Origin: Nitrosospira sp.
GTDB taxonomy: Bacteria; Pseudomonadota; Gammaproteobacteria; Burkholderiales; Nitrosomonadaceae
Reading direction: 5' to 3'
Length of the DNA: 64,000 nt
Assembly: GCA_039922995.1 (NCBI GenBank)
Contig: JBDTDT010000045.1
Span: 16,657 to 80,656, forward strand
The notes under the pieces were generated by a model. It did no database searches and had not been told where the DNA came from. It saw only the letters and a list, made by a program, of their open reading frames with translations. Positions 42,779 through 53,200 of the stretch are shown here, piece after piece. The translations under genes and the position numbers were made by a program. How positions within the stretch are numbered: position 1 is the first letter of the stretch; each line of letters starts with the position of its first letter.

Positions 42779-43861
42779 TCAGCCAAACTGTTTTCTGAGG
42801 CGAGCCCAGTAGGCGGTCGCTACATATCCATTGGCGCGGGTGAGCGTTGTCAGGGCCATTACGCGATATACAACGCTGCGTGGCACTTTCACATTCACTG
42901 ACGGGTTGAGCAGGTCAGGCGCGATTGCGACCCGTCTCAACGTTTCACCCGCCAATAATATGGGCCACATGCAGGCCAGCCGTTGGCGAATCTCGGAGCG
43001 AGGGATCGCCATGGTATAAAACCAGCCTTGCTCCAGATGTTCCATGGCCAGCCCGATAAGCCGATGCAGGATCGGTCTGAATTTCGGCAGATTGGCCTCA
43101 ACCAGCAAATCGGCCGGTTCCAAACTGGCTTCCTGCAGAAGAGATTCCGGTACATAGCAGCGGCCGTGATGCAGATCGCGCGCGATGTCCTTTACAATGT
43201 TTGTAAGCTGCAGTCCTTTTCCGAATCTCACGCCGATGGCCGACATCTTCGCGACATCCCACTGGGCCATCGCCGGCCGGTGCGCACAGACCATTCTGGT
43301 CCAGAATTCTCCTACACAGCCGGCTACATAGTAAGTGTACTGATCCAATTCGTCCAGCGTGGACAACGCCGTGAGATGCCCGGCTGACTCCCCGGGAAAT
43401 CGTGTAAGGTCCATTTCCATCCCGTCGGGCAGTACTTCCATCAGCCATTGGATTCGCTCCTGATCCCCGGCGGAGAACTGCATATACAGTTTCAGGCAGT
43501 CTTCCAACCGCTGAAGAAGAATGGCTTCCGCAGAGTCTTTCTGGTGAGGAACGAGCGCGGTTTGAATTTCCTGCAGGACTTTCCAATCGATGCCAGCGGT
43601 TGCGAACTGCGCACGGAACTGATTAAGGTATTTCAGGCGCTGCTGCCGGTCGATGAGATCCGTGTCGGCGATGGTATCGGCCGCGCGCGCAAACAGATAC
43701 GACAGCCCCATCTGGTCACGTACCCCTGCCGGCAGCACGTTAAGCGTGAGATAAAACGAACGGGAGACCTGCTTGAGGATATCGTGAAGAAGTTCGTGTG
43801 TTGCGGCGTGGTTACTCAAGGATAGAATTCCAAAGCCATTTTGGATCAAAGGGCCGAACAT
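42779..43861 (-). CDS. Squalene/phytoene synthase family protein (squalene synthase-like)
   Basis: VSRSF flap, RAADTIAD, YTYYVAGCVGEFWT, GLQLTNIVKDIARD, GRCYVP; RBS AGGAGG before ATG 43861. Confidence 0.88.
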   Translation of the reverse strand: MFGPLIQNGFGILSLSNHAATHELLHDILKQVSRSFYLTLNVLPAGVRDQMGLSYLFARAADTIADTDLIDRQQRLKYLNQFRAQFATAGIDWKVLQEIQTALVPHQKDSAEAILLQRLEDCLKLYMQFSAGDQERIQWLMEVLPDGMEMDLTRFPGESAGHLTALSTLDELDQYTYYVAGCVGEFWTRMVCAHRPAMAQWDVAKMSAIGVRFGKGLQLTNIVKDIARDLHHGRCYVPESLLQEASLEPADLLVEANLPKFRPILHRLIGLAMEHLEQGWFYTMAIPRSEIRQRLACMWPILLAGETLRRVAIAPDLLNPSVNVKVPRSVVYRVMALTTLTRANGYVATAYWARLRKQFG

Positions 43862-44273
43862 TACCTCCTGCTGAACCTGAAGGTCAAGATATTGTGTTAT
43901 CAAGCCGAGACTTTTCGAGAAAGGTGTCAAGCTTCGAGCGAGGGGTACTAACAAAACCGTGATAAAAATAATGATCCGGATATCAAAAAAATCGTGACAG
44001 ATCATTGTGTATGCTACTTACGGGGTTGAGCGTAGCGTAACCTATCAATCAGGTAGGCACGGTGATCCAGGAGCGGAAAGCATCACCGTGCTGGTGACGA
44101 AATCTCAAGGTGGTCCACAGAGTCCATAGGCGATGCCAATTATTTTTCAGAATACTTACGGCTACCCCTGATGTGGTGCAATTTGAGCGCCGGCAAATAA
44201 AAATCAAGTTGCTATACTGAAAGCGATGCCCATTGATTTTATGGGCATCTCTATCTCTATCAGCGGAGGCTAC

Positions 44274-44768
44274 ATGATCTATGAGGTAAAGGGCGACATC
44301 CTTTTAAGTCATGCTCAGGTCATTGCCCATGGGGTTGCGCCAAATGATCAATTTGATCGGGGCTTTGCGTTAAGCCTGCGTGAGCAGTGGCCTGCGATGG
44401 TCAAGGATTTTCATCATTTTTGCCACGTCATGCAGCCGAAATCCGGCGAGGTCTGGATATGGTCTGGTGGGATGAGTAAGCACATCGTCAATCTGCTTAC
44501 TCAGGAAGGGGCGAGAAGCCAGGGCATCAGGTCGGGGCACGCTCGAATCGAATACGTGAATCATGCGCTGCAGGAACTGCGTTATCTGCTGGAGAATGAA
44601 GAATTCACCAGCTTGGCATTGCCGCGCCTCGCAACGGGCGCCGGTGACCTGGATTGGCGCGTGGTGCGGCCGCTGGTTGAGCGTCACCTGGGTGAATTGG
44701 CAATGCCCATCTACATATATACACATTATCAGAAGGGCGTTCAAGCTGCCGAGCCGAGGCCGGGATAA
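44274..44768 (+). CDS. Macro domain protein (Poa1p/DarG-like subfamily)
   Basis: MIYEVKGDIL, SLALPRLATGAGDLDW; RBS GGAGG; TG-N-TATACT at 44210-44218. Confidence 0.85.
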   Translation: MIYEVKGDILLSHAQVIAHGVAPNDQFDRGFALSLREQWPAMVKDFHHFCHVMQPKSGEVWIWSGGMSKHIVNLLTQEGARSQGIRSGHARIEYVNHALQELRYLLENEEFTSLALPRLATGAGDLDWRVVRPLVERHLGELAMPIYIYTHYQKGVQAAEPRPG

Positions 44769-44851
44769 ATCTTCGCGGCTGGAAAAAATTGTTGATTTTG
44801 ACAGTTTTCCTTCTCGATGAATGGCGTACGTTGCGGTGTCGCATTCCACAA

Positions 44852-47257
44852 TTATGGGATATCCTTGGGCGGGCGCAAAAGCAATGTCTGCTCGGCCGGA
44901 CCGGGAAGGAAAGGCGTGGGTTTGCCGATTACCCAGTCTGTATGACCGCTCCCATAATAGGGTGAGAGCGGATGCCCGCTCTGGCCGCCGGGCATTTCGA
45001 AATAGCCCTGCTCTTCATTGCCTGGCGCAACCGCAAAACGCTCTGAAGCGCCAAAATTCGGCCCCTGCACGCGCGGCATTTTGCTATCGCCGGGTAGCTG
45101 ATCCCTCGGCATATCCAGCCAGCTTCCAATAAATTCCGGCAGTGCACGGCTCAAGGGGTGCCGGATACGCGCAGTATTGCGCTCACCCCATGTGCGCGCT
45201 GCAATACCGCCCGGTTGGCGCTGCATCCGTTCGGCTATTCGCCTGGCACAGCTTTCGATCAGATTCTCCCAATCCGCGTAAACTGGGGGCAATAGATGTT
45301 GCGGGCGACCTTCAATCAATGCCCACACCATATGTTCGGCCTGGTTTAACGTTGGCAGTACAAATGCCGGATCACCGCGCCGGATTTCCGCTGCGAAACC
45401 ATCGAGCACGCTATTGACGACTTCCCGCCGGAATGCGCGTACTACACGGTAAGCGACCGATACCGTGGATGCATGGTCATCCCAATCCCGGAGTACCTCC
45501 TGCATCTCGGCATGCCACGGGGCGGATTTCATCTGGCTCAGAGTCATTGCGAGAAGTTTCCTCCATCGCGCCAGGAACAACGTGCGGTCATCAAGCTGGA
45601 TTGCCAGCATGCTGGCGGGTGAAAAGCGCTCGCGTTCGTGCAAGCTGTCACGGATCTGTTTTGCGCGCGCGCCGAGGTCGTAGCCGCCATCGCCCAGCCG
45701 GTCGAGCATGAGCCCGTCGGCCGTACGCGCATTCGCAGTCCACAGGCGCTGCGACGGAGGGTTGGCAATCAGCGGGTATTGGACGGGCATGAGCCAGCCA
45801 TCCCATCCCGTATTCGGCTTGCTACAGTCCGCGGGAAGCAAGGGATCGTAGTTTCCCGTCCGCGCGGGGATACGGCCCGCGATGGTCCAGGCAATTTCCC
45901 CTTTTCGATCGCCCACTATAAAATTCTGCGCTGGAATACCCGAATTCTGTGCAATCTTGACTGCCTCGTCCACTGTTTCTGTTTCTTCCATCAGGGTGAG
46001 TTCCATATTCACCGCACCAGGTCGATGCGCTGCCCAGGCCAGTGCAAGCGGCGTGCCGTCGTGGTCTGTAGCCAGGATCGGGCCCCACTCGGTTTCGTAA
46101 ACATCCAGTGTTTCGTCCGGCGCATCGCGTACACGCAGGATTTCACGGTGAAGAATGGCTAACTTCCATCCGTTCGCACTGCGATAGCGCGAAGGGTCCG
46201 CCGGATCGCGAGTGATGCGAACCCAATCCATGAGATCGGCATAACTGTTAGTGAAAGCCCAGGCAACCTGCCGGTTGGAGCCGGCTGCAATGGCAGGCGT
46301 ACCGGGCAGGCTGGCGCCGATGACATCGTTCATCAGGCCTGGATGGCGAGAATTAGGATAAATCAGGCGTGTGCGGAACCATATGTTCGGCACGCGCAAT
46401 TGCAGATGCATGTCGTTGGCAACCAGTGCGGTACCGTCCGCCAGCGTGCCGGCGACGGCGAAGCTGTTGCTGCCGGGAAGGTCCTCATTGCCTTCACCGG
46501 TGCTGCGCATCAGGCTGGGGTCAAGTTTGCGCAGATCGAGCTCGTCAGCGGAAGGAGGCTCGGGCCAGCGAAATGCCTTACCGATGAGTGGGGCATCCCA
46601 CTCGCCGCCGCTGCCGGTCAGAAACCGGTACGCAGTTTCTGGTAAGACTGCGTGCAGGGTGGAGAAAGCCAGTTCGCGGAGATTGCTGGCATCGTTCAAC
46701 GTAAAATACATTGCATGGATAATCAGGAAGCTATCCTCGCTGCGCCATGCAAGCGGGTGCGTACGCGTCAGCAAATAAGGGAATGGACGCGCCGCAAGTG
46801 CCGCCAGACCCTCGTTCACGCCGTCGCGGTATGTGTCGAGCAATTGACGCTGCATGGCCGGCAGCTCTTCCAGTGCCGCCGATGCGCGCGCGCGCATACG
46901 GTGTCCCCGGGTTTTAAGGTCGGCTGGCAAGGCGGCTGGACCGAACAACTCGGCCAATTCTCCCGCTGCGCGGCGCCGCATCAGGTCCATCTCGAAAAAT
47001 CGTTCCTGCGCATGGACGTAGCCCAGCGCCCGGACCAGATCATGGCGACTCTGCGCGCGCAGGGTCACGCTACCCATCGCATCGCGCTCGACTGTCACGG
47101 GAGCGGTCAGGGCAGGCATGTCCACTGTCCCGGCGTATTGAGGCAGGCTGCCACGCAATACCAGCCAGGTGGTACCTGCCAACAGCAACGCCAGTGCAAG
47201 GAACAGTAAAAAAACTACCGGCAGGAACCGGTTGATCAGGCGGAGCGCGGCAACCAT
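44852..47257 (-). CDS. Penicillin acylase family Ntn hydrolase
   Basis: GYVHAQERFFEMDL, autocleavage site GSN, ANDMHL, TANAR, PGGQSGHPLSPYY; N-terminal TM; start approximate. Confidence 0.92.
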   Translation of the reverse strand: MVAALRLINRFLPVVFLLFLALALLLAGTTWLVLRGSLPQYAGTVDMPALTAPVTVERDAMGSVTLRAQSRHDLVRALGYVHAQERFFEMDLMRRRAAGELAELFGPAALPADLKTRGHRMRARASAALEELPAMQRQLLDTYRDGVNEGLAALAARPFPYLLTRTHPLAWRSEDSFLIIHAMYFTLNDASNLRELAFSTLHAVLPETAYRFLTGSGGEWDAPLIGKAFRWPEPPSADELDLRKLDPSLMRSTGEGNEDLPGSNSFAVAGTLADGTALVANDMHLQLRVPNIWFRTRLIYPNSRHPGLMNDVIGASLPGTPAIAAGSNRQVAWAFTNSYADLMDWVRITRDPADPSRYRSANGWKLAILHREILRVRDAPDETLDVYETEWGPILATDHDGTPLALAWAAHRPGAVNMELTLMEETETVDEAVKIAQNSGIPAQNFIVGDRKGEIAWTIAGRIPARTGNYDPLLPADCSKPNTGWDGWLMPVQYPLIANPPSQRLWTANARTADGLMLDRLGDGGYDLGARAKQIRDSLHERERFSPASMLAIQLDDRTLFLARWRKLLAMTLSQMKSAPWHAEMQEVLRDWDDHASTVSVAYRVVRAFRREVVNSVLDGFAAEIRRGDPAFVLPTLNQAEHMVWALIEGRPQHLLPPVYADWENLIESCARRIAERMQRQPGGIAARTWGERNTARIRHPLSRALPEFIGSWLDMPRDQLPGDSKMPRVQGPNFGASERFAVAPGNEEQGYFEMPGGQSGHPLSPYYGSGHTDWVIGKPTPFLPGPAEQTLLLRPPKDIP

Positions 47258-47303
47258 ACCGAACAGACAATAATGGGAAACGGATGTGCGGGCATTACGC
47301 AGG

Positions 47304-47370
47304 GAGATTGTTGGAAGGTTAAATGAACCGATTACAAAAGCGTCTGGAAGGCCATATTTCGCCGCTTTTC
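47304..47370. repeat. Truncated, degenerate copy of repeat family A (left half)
   Basis: ATTTCGCCGCTTT at 47356-47368 preceded by AAAAGCGTCTGG, as in copies 1 and 2. Confidence 0.5.
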
Positions 47371-47379
47371 CGGCCACTC

Positions 47380-47641
47380 GGGCTTGTTAACATTTATTTC
47401 ACGCCCGCGACGGCGCGGATTTCGTCCAACACGAGGCATGGGTACGCGGCGGAGCGGCCCTCCGTAAGCGGCGAGTAACGAAGGGCTGGACGAAATCCGT
47501 CCCGTTCCTTCGGGTTGCGCGCGAAAAACGCGGATGCCGCGTTGCAAAGTTGGCCATAGGCCCACTATGTCCTGCGCTTCGCGCCTTGCCTCCGCGTTTT
47601 TTGTGTAGCAACGCGGGCGTGAAATAAGTGTTAATAGACCC
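47380..47641. mobile_element. 262-bp highly structured MITE-like element, family B
   Basis: 30-bp terminal IRs (26/30) enclosing two internal stem-loops and a CC-TTCG-GG hairpin; no convincing ORF. Confidence 0.8.
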
Positions 47642-47648
47642 CAGGCTT

Positions 47649-48152
47649 TCAGCGTTGAGCAATCTCAGGAAGGATCAGCTTCTGGCGAATGAATTCGATA
47701 CGCTTGCGATTTACGCCTAAATCGCTGCTTCCCAGGCGCGAGGACGAGCGTACCTGGATAACTCCAGCATCCGGGGCGAACCAGAATTCGGCATCATCGA
47801 CATATTTCATGATTTGCGTCGTAAACTGTGCGTAAAGGTAGCCAGGTTCTCTTTTGACTATTTTCCCACCCTCCATGGTTTCGATGATATTCCCGATGCG
47901 GGCCAGCGTAGCGGCGGCATCGCCATTCAGCGGCAGCGGCGCGATGTCCGCATAAGCATGTTGAGGGTGGTCCGGATAGAGCGAAGCTTGGCTGGAGACG
48001 CTATTGGGCGTTTTTGAGGGCGGTTTGAGCCTGCCCTCATGCACGCCGAGATCGGTGGGCATCTTGCCCTTGAGCAGCCCGAGTTGGCCGGCAAGTATTC
48101 CCGCGATGACTATAAGGGCAGCGACAACGAGTAGCCATTTTATTATGATCAT
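47649..48152 (-). CDS. DUF1499 family protein
   Basis: PNSVSSQ, YVDDAEF, VRSSSRLGSSDLGVNRKRIE. Confidence 0.88.
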   Translation of the reverse strand: MIIIKWLLVVAALIVIAGILAGQLGLLKGKMPTDLGVHEGRLKPPSKTPNSVSSQASLYPDHPQHAYADIAPLPLNGDAAATLARIGNIIETMEGGKIVKREPGYLYAQFTTQIMKYVDDAEFWFAPDAGVIQVRSSSRLGSSDLGVNRKRIEFIRQKLILPEIAQR

Positions 48153-48280
48153 ATCATAACGCCGCGGATGGATACGATACTGATGTCATGGGCTGTCCTT
48201 ATCCATTTCGGAATACCATTCATTTCCGTCGTCAATAAGGGTCATCAGGCGGTAAAAGACCTGCTGCCTGGCCGACCGGG

Positions 48281-48586
48281 CTACTTGGTTTTGCTGTTCG
48301 ATAGTACAAACTCGGCCAGACGTTGTGCGGGCTCACCCTTGATATTGGGAAAAGCAGGCATGGACATGCCTCCTTTGTGCAACTTTTGAATAATGGCATC
48401 CTTATTCGCCATCGCGGGGCTTAATGCCATCACGCTCCCAACTTCCGGCTTGTGGCATTTTGTACAGTTTGCATAAAATATGTCTTCCCCGGATACATTC
48501 TCGGGGGGTGTGTAATTATCGGTTTTCGAGCAGCCAACCAAACTCATCCATGCGGAAGCTATTAATAAGAGTTTCATTTTCTTCAT
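48281..48586 (-). CDS. Monoheme class I cytochrome c lipoprotein
   Basis: Lipobox LVGC, GEDIFYANCTKCH, MPAF distal Met motif. Confidence 0.87.
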   Translation of the reverse strand: MKKMKLLLIASAWMSLVGCSKTDNYTPPENVSGEDIFYANCTKCHKPEVGSVMALSPAMANKDAIIQKLHKGGMSMPAFPNIKGEPAQRLAEFVLSNSKTK

Positions 48587-48855
48587 TTTTTACTCCATTT
48601 ATTTCTGAGAATAAGATTCCAGAAACGGTTTTAGAACTGTTCTGTGAGGCATTATATCTTTCTATCCGATAACTGGTATTAACTACGGTCATAATCGAAC
48701 ATTTTCTATTGTTGCAATACCTTCAGATTAGGAAAAAGCCTCAACAAGCTATGGTGCCATTTTGCCGAGGATCATTTATAGTGTCATGCACGGCATGGTT
48801 AAAAGCTGAAGCATCAGAGCGACGAACTTCCGGTTTTCTTGATCTTCAGCTTATT

Positions 48856-49671
48856 TTAATCTTCGGCCGGCAAGCGGCCGAGGAGCCGTAGCGCGAGCAG
48901 CAGGGTCAGCGGAAGAAAAATGAGCAGGCCGGTCATTCCAAGGAGAGATTCGCCGATCCAGAACGTTACGATAAGATTGAAGATCAATACGCCATAATAG
49001 AGACCGCAGCCAAGGAGTATGTTTCCCGTCACCCATGGCAAGTCGACAGGTGGAAGGCTACCGGACTGGAGAAACTTGCGATCCAGGGGAAAATATGCCC
49101 GGAGCGAAAGAAAACCGACGACAGCCCAGCCGATATAATTAGCCACCGGGACACCAAAATGGGTACCGGGATGCGGGTAGTAGTAAATCTGGCCGAGAAA
49201 CCAGCGCTCTCCACGCAGCGCCACGGGATCGATAATGATATCGACGAACGTAAAAAAGAGAATCGTTAGCAGCGCAACAGGCCAGCCTGTTCTTGCAGTG
49301 AGAGGAAATTGCATCCGAATCAGGCCGATACGGCCCCTGGTGGCGGCTGCCGCAGGCAGGATAAAGGCTAGGGCCATGCAGTAACTTGCATACAAAAGAA
49401 AGGGAAACGAGAGAGAATCCATAAACGGGATATCGAAGATGTACAATTCCCGGCCAATCGTCGAACCGGTATAGTAATACCAGCCGAATGGTATGCCGAT
49501 GCGAGTGGAAGAGAATTCGCACAGAATTGCCACGAGCCACGTGATTCCCATGAAGCACCACGTTCTCCGCCAGCCGATCAGGCGTGCGGCAGAGAATAGA
49601 AATGCGGTAAGAAACACAAAGACGTACGGGCGAAGGGCAATCGTCTGCAGGAGGAGGTTAAAAAATTCCAT
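48856..49671 (-). CDS. Carotenoid biosynthesis protein, DUF422/CruF-like
   Basis: Multi-TM; E..STRIGIPFGWYYY, DIIIDPVA, FGVPVANYIGW. Confidence 0.82.
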   Translation of the reverse strand: MEFFNLLLQTIALRPYVFVFLTAFLFSAARLIGWRRTWCFMGITWLVAILCEFSSTRIGIPFGWYYYTGSTIGRELYIFDIPFMDSLSFPFLLYASYCMALAFILPAAAATRGRIGLIRMQFPLTARTGWPVALLTILFFTFVDIIIDPVALRGERWFLGQIYYYPHPGTHFGVPVANYIGWAVVGFLSLRAYFPLDRKFLQSGSLPPVDLPWVTGNILLGCGLYYGVLIFNLIVTFWIGESLLGMTGLLIFLPLTLLLALRLLGRLPAED

Positions 49672-50200
49672 CAGTTCGGATGAATATGCCGGATTATGAA
49701 TTGAGTTGGCTGAACTTATGACTCAATGATCCTAAATCCGGTAGTTGTAGTGGACTTACCCAAAAGGCGGGTATCAAACGATACAAAGAATATTTATAAA
49801 TCATAGAATTAAGCTCATAAATGAGCTGTCAGCCACCGGATTGGGATGATTCAAATATGACACTCGGTATCGCCGTCACGGCTCGCCAGGATTGCCGGAT
49901 TGTAAACTGGTCGCCATGCGTCGTCCGTCTGACGCAATTCTGACTGTAGCTGAACCAACCCCGGCTCATAAGGTTTTCGCGGGCAATCCTATCGTACTTT
50001 TTCGCAATTATACGCATGAAGTATCAATTACCCTGATGTCTTCAAGGTGAAAGTGCTGCTTTTAAATGAGGAAATTGGCTTTATCGAAAAGAATTGCTGC
50101 TGTGTCTCTATAAATGCGTTATGCATTTGGCTGAAACCCTTCCGTCTCGTCACGGATCTTCAATAATCTTTAGAAATCAAATTATTTTGATAACCCCATC

Positions 50201-53200
50201 GTGAGGCGTGTTCTCAAGTTTTTTATCCTTGCCGTTCTGACTCTGTTTCTCGTTGCGCTGACTATTGTGGTCTTCCTTCTTTATCGGGAAACCGAAACCT
50301 CTGCATATCAGGCACGCGAGCTGGCGCAGCTGGCTAGCCAGCTGAACTGGGAGGTAAAAAGCGGACCGAGCGGTGATCCGTATTTTCCCCAGGCGGGTCC
50401 TTACGATGTGCGCATGGGCTATAGCCGGTTGCCAGAACTGCTTCATAATCTGGTCATGCACGGTTTTCATGTGCAGTCTCAGGCACGTGCTTCCGCACGT
50501 ATGAAAGAAGTTGTCGCGGAGGGCTTGTTCGTTCCTTACCATGAGAAATCCCAGGCCGGCCTGGAAATTACCGGTGATGGGGGCCAGCCATTGTATCGTG
50601 CTACGTTCCCAACACGCATTTACGAGAACTTCCAATCGGTTCCGTCGCTCGTAACAGACAGTCTGTTATTTATTGAAAATCGTGAGTTGCTGGATTCCAC
50701 CCATCCAAAAAAGAATCCGGCTATTGAATGGGACAGGCTAGGCAGGGCCGTGCTGGACAAGATAATTCAATTTTTCCGGGCAGAACACGATGTGGTAGGG
50801 GGAAGCACGCTTGCAACGCAGATTGAAAAATACCGCCATTCTCCCAACGGAATGACCATTACGCCGAGAGACAAGCTTCAGCAGGTCGCGTCTGCTTCGG
50901 TACGCGCTTACCTGGAGGGGGAGGAAACGTTGCCTGCCCGGAAGCGTCTTGTCGTGGATTATCTTAATACGGTTCCGCTTTCCGCCGCCGCGGGTTTCGG
51001 AGAGGCGAACGGATTGGGGGATGGACTATGGGCATGGTACGGTCTGGATTTTGATGAGACCAATCACATCCTGAATTCGCGCTTTGTGGAAGGCGATGCC
51101 CTTGTCGAAGCGGCACGCCTTTATAAGCACGTACTAAGTCTGATGATCGCCCAACGCAGGCCTTCCTATTACCTGCTTGCCGGGCGTGAAGCGCTCGAAG
51201 AACTTACCGATAGCCACCTGCGAATATTAGTTCAGGCTGGCGTGATTCCCCCCGGCCTGGGATACGCTGCGCTAAAAATACCGTTACATTTTCGTGGTAC
51301 TGCCGCTCCGGAGGAAATCAGGAATTTCGCTGCCCAAAAGGCCGTTAATGCCGTCCGCATGCGTCTTGCTTCCCTGCTCGGATTGCAGCGCATGTATGAT
51401 CTGGATCGGCTGGATTTATCGGTGCAAAGCACCCTTAATGGAGAACTGCAACAGAAAACTGCCGATATGCTGCGTCGGCTCAAGGATCCGGAATACGCAA
51501 ATGCAGCTGGGCTATATGGGCCTCGCCTTCTGGGAACGGAGGATCCTGGCAGGATTATCTACAGCTTCACACTTTCGGAGCTGACCCCGGAGGGTGCCAA
51601 GTTCCGGATCCAGGCCGATAATTTCGACCAGCCGCTGGATATCAACAAGGGTACCAAGCTGGATTTGGGTTCCACCGCAAAGCTGCGAACGCTGGTGACC
51701 TATCTTGAAATTGTCGAAGCACTGCATGAAAGATATGCAGCTTTGGGACCCAAAGTCCTGCGCAAACAGGAAGTTGATTCCAGCGACATGCTCAGCCGCT
51801 GGGCGATCGGGTATTTGCTGCAAAGCAAGGACAAGAGCTTGGCAGCCATGCTGAACGCAGCGCTGGAGCGCAAGTATTCCGCCAATCCTGACGAACATTT
51901 CTTTACAGGTGGCGGTGCGCATGTTTTTCACAATTTCAAGCGCGAAGACGATCGCAGGATTCTAAGCGTACGCGAAGCAACGTTAAATTCGGTCAACCTC
52001 GTATACATCCGCATGATGCGGGATATCGTGCGCTACTACATGTTTCAGGTTGGAGGATCATCCGCGAAAATACTCAAGGATGCCGGAAACCCTGACCGCG
52101 AGGAATATCTCAGGCGGTTCGCGGACAAGGAAGGCAGGCAATTTGTCAACCGGTTTTATCTCAAATACAAAGGTAAAACGACCACGACAGGCGAGATTAG
52201 TGAAGCATTCTTTGCCAGTTTCCGGCATACGCCCCGTCGTCTTGCCGCGGCTTATCGCTATATTTATCCGGAGTCTACGTTCGCAGAGTTCGAGAAATTC
52301 ATGCGGCCGCATCAGTCCCGTTCCAAGGGTAGAGCTTCGCCATCCCTGGGCGATCTTTACGATAGCTACGCGCCGGACAAATACTCGCTTGCGGACCGGG
52401 GTTACATTGTTACGGTTCATCCCCTGGAGCTCTGGCTGGTGCGCTACTTGATCGCCCACCCCGATGTCCAATACAAGGACGTTATAGAGGCCAGCGGAGA
52501 CGAGCGGGTAGCGGTCTACCAATGGCTGTTCAAGACTATCCACAAGAACTCCCAGGATAGTCGCATCCGAGGTCTCCTGGAGCTCGAAGCGTTCCTGGAG
52601 ATTCACCGCAGCTGGAAACGCCTTGGCTATCCTTTCGATTCTCTTGTTCCCTCTCTTGCCACAGCTATCGGAAGCTCCGCTGATCACCCTGCCGCGCTTG
52701 CCGAACTGATGGGCATTATTCTCAATAGCGGCGTGCGTGTTCCGACCATGCTCGTCGAACGCTTGCGCTTCGCAGCCAATACGCCTTTTGAAACCATCGT
52801 CGATCGAACTCCCGCTAAAGGCGAAAAAATATTTTCTCCCGAATTGGCTGCGGCAGTGCGCGGGGTTCTAACTGATGTCGTGGGAACCGGAACAGGGTCG
52901 CGCCTCGCCCGTGCCATTGTGGAAGAGGATGGAACTGAAATTCTGATCGGGGGAAAGACAGGAACGGGGGACCATCGTTATGTAACTTTTTCCTCGCCGG
53001 GCGTTGTCAAGGACTCCCGCGTGGTAAATCGCTCCGCCACGTTTGTTTTTTTTATCGGGGATCGATTTTTTGGAACGATGACCGCATTCGTACCCGGCGC
53101 AGACGCAGCCAACTATACGTTTACTTCGGCACTCTCCACCCAAGTCATGAAACATCTCCTGCCGATATTGAAACCACTGATTGACGAAGCCCAGCCCTTG

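Noticed and set aside
44057-44091. 10-bp stem with loop CCAGGAGCGGAAAGC, superficially like SRP RNA domain IV
   Set aside because: Lacks the CAGG-N-CCGGAAGG-AAGCAG core and is too short
47399-47662. ORFs of 77-87 aa across the structured element
   Set aside because: No protein features; explained by GC-rich palindromic sequence
49829-50017. 62-aa ORF between the CruF-like gene and the PBP
   Set aside because: No motif or recognisable family
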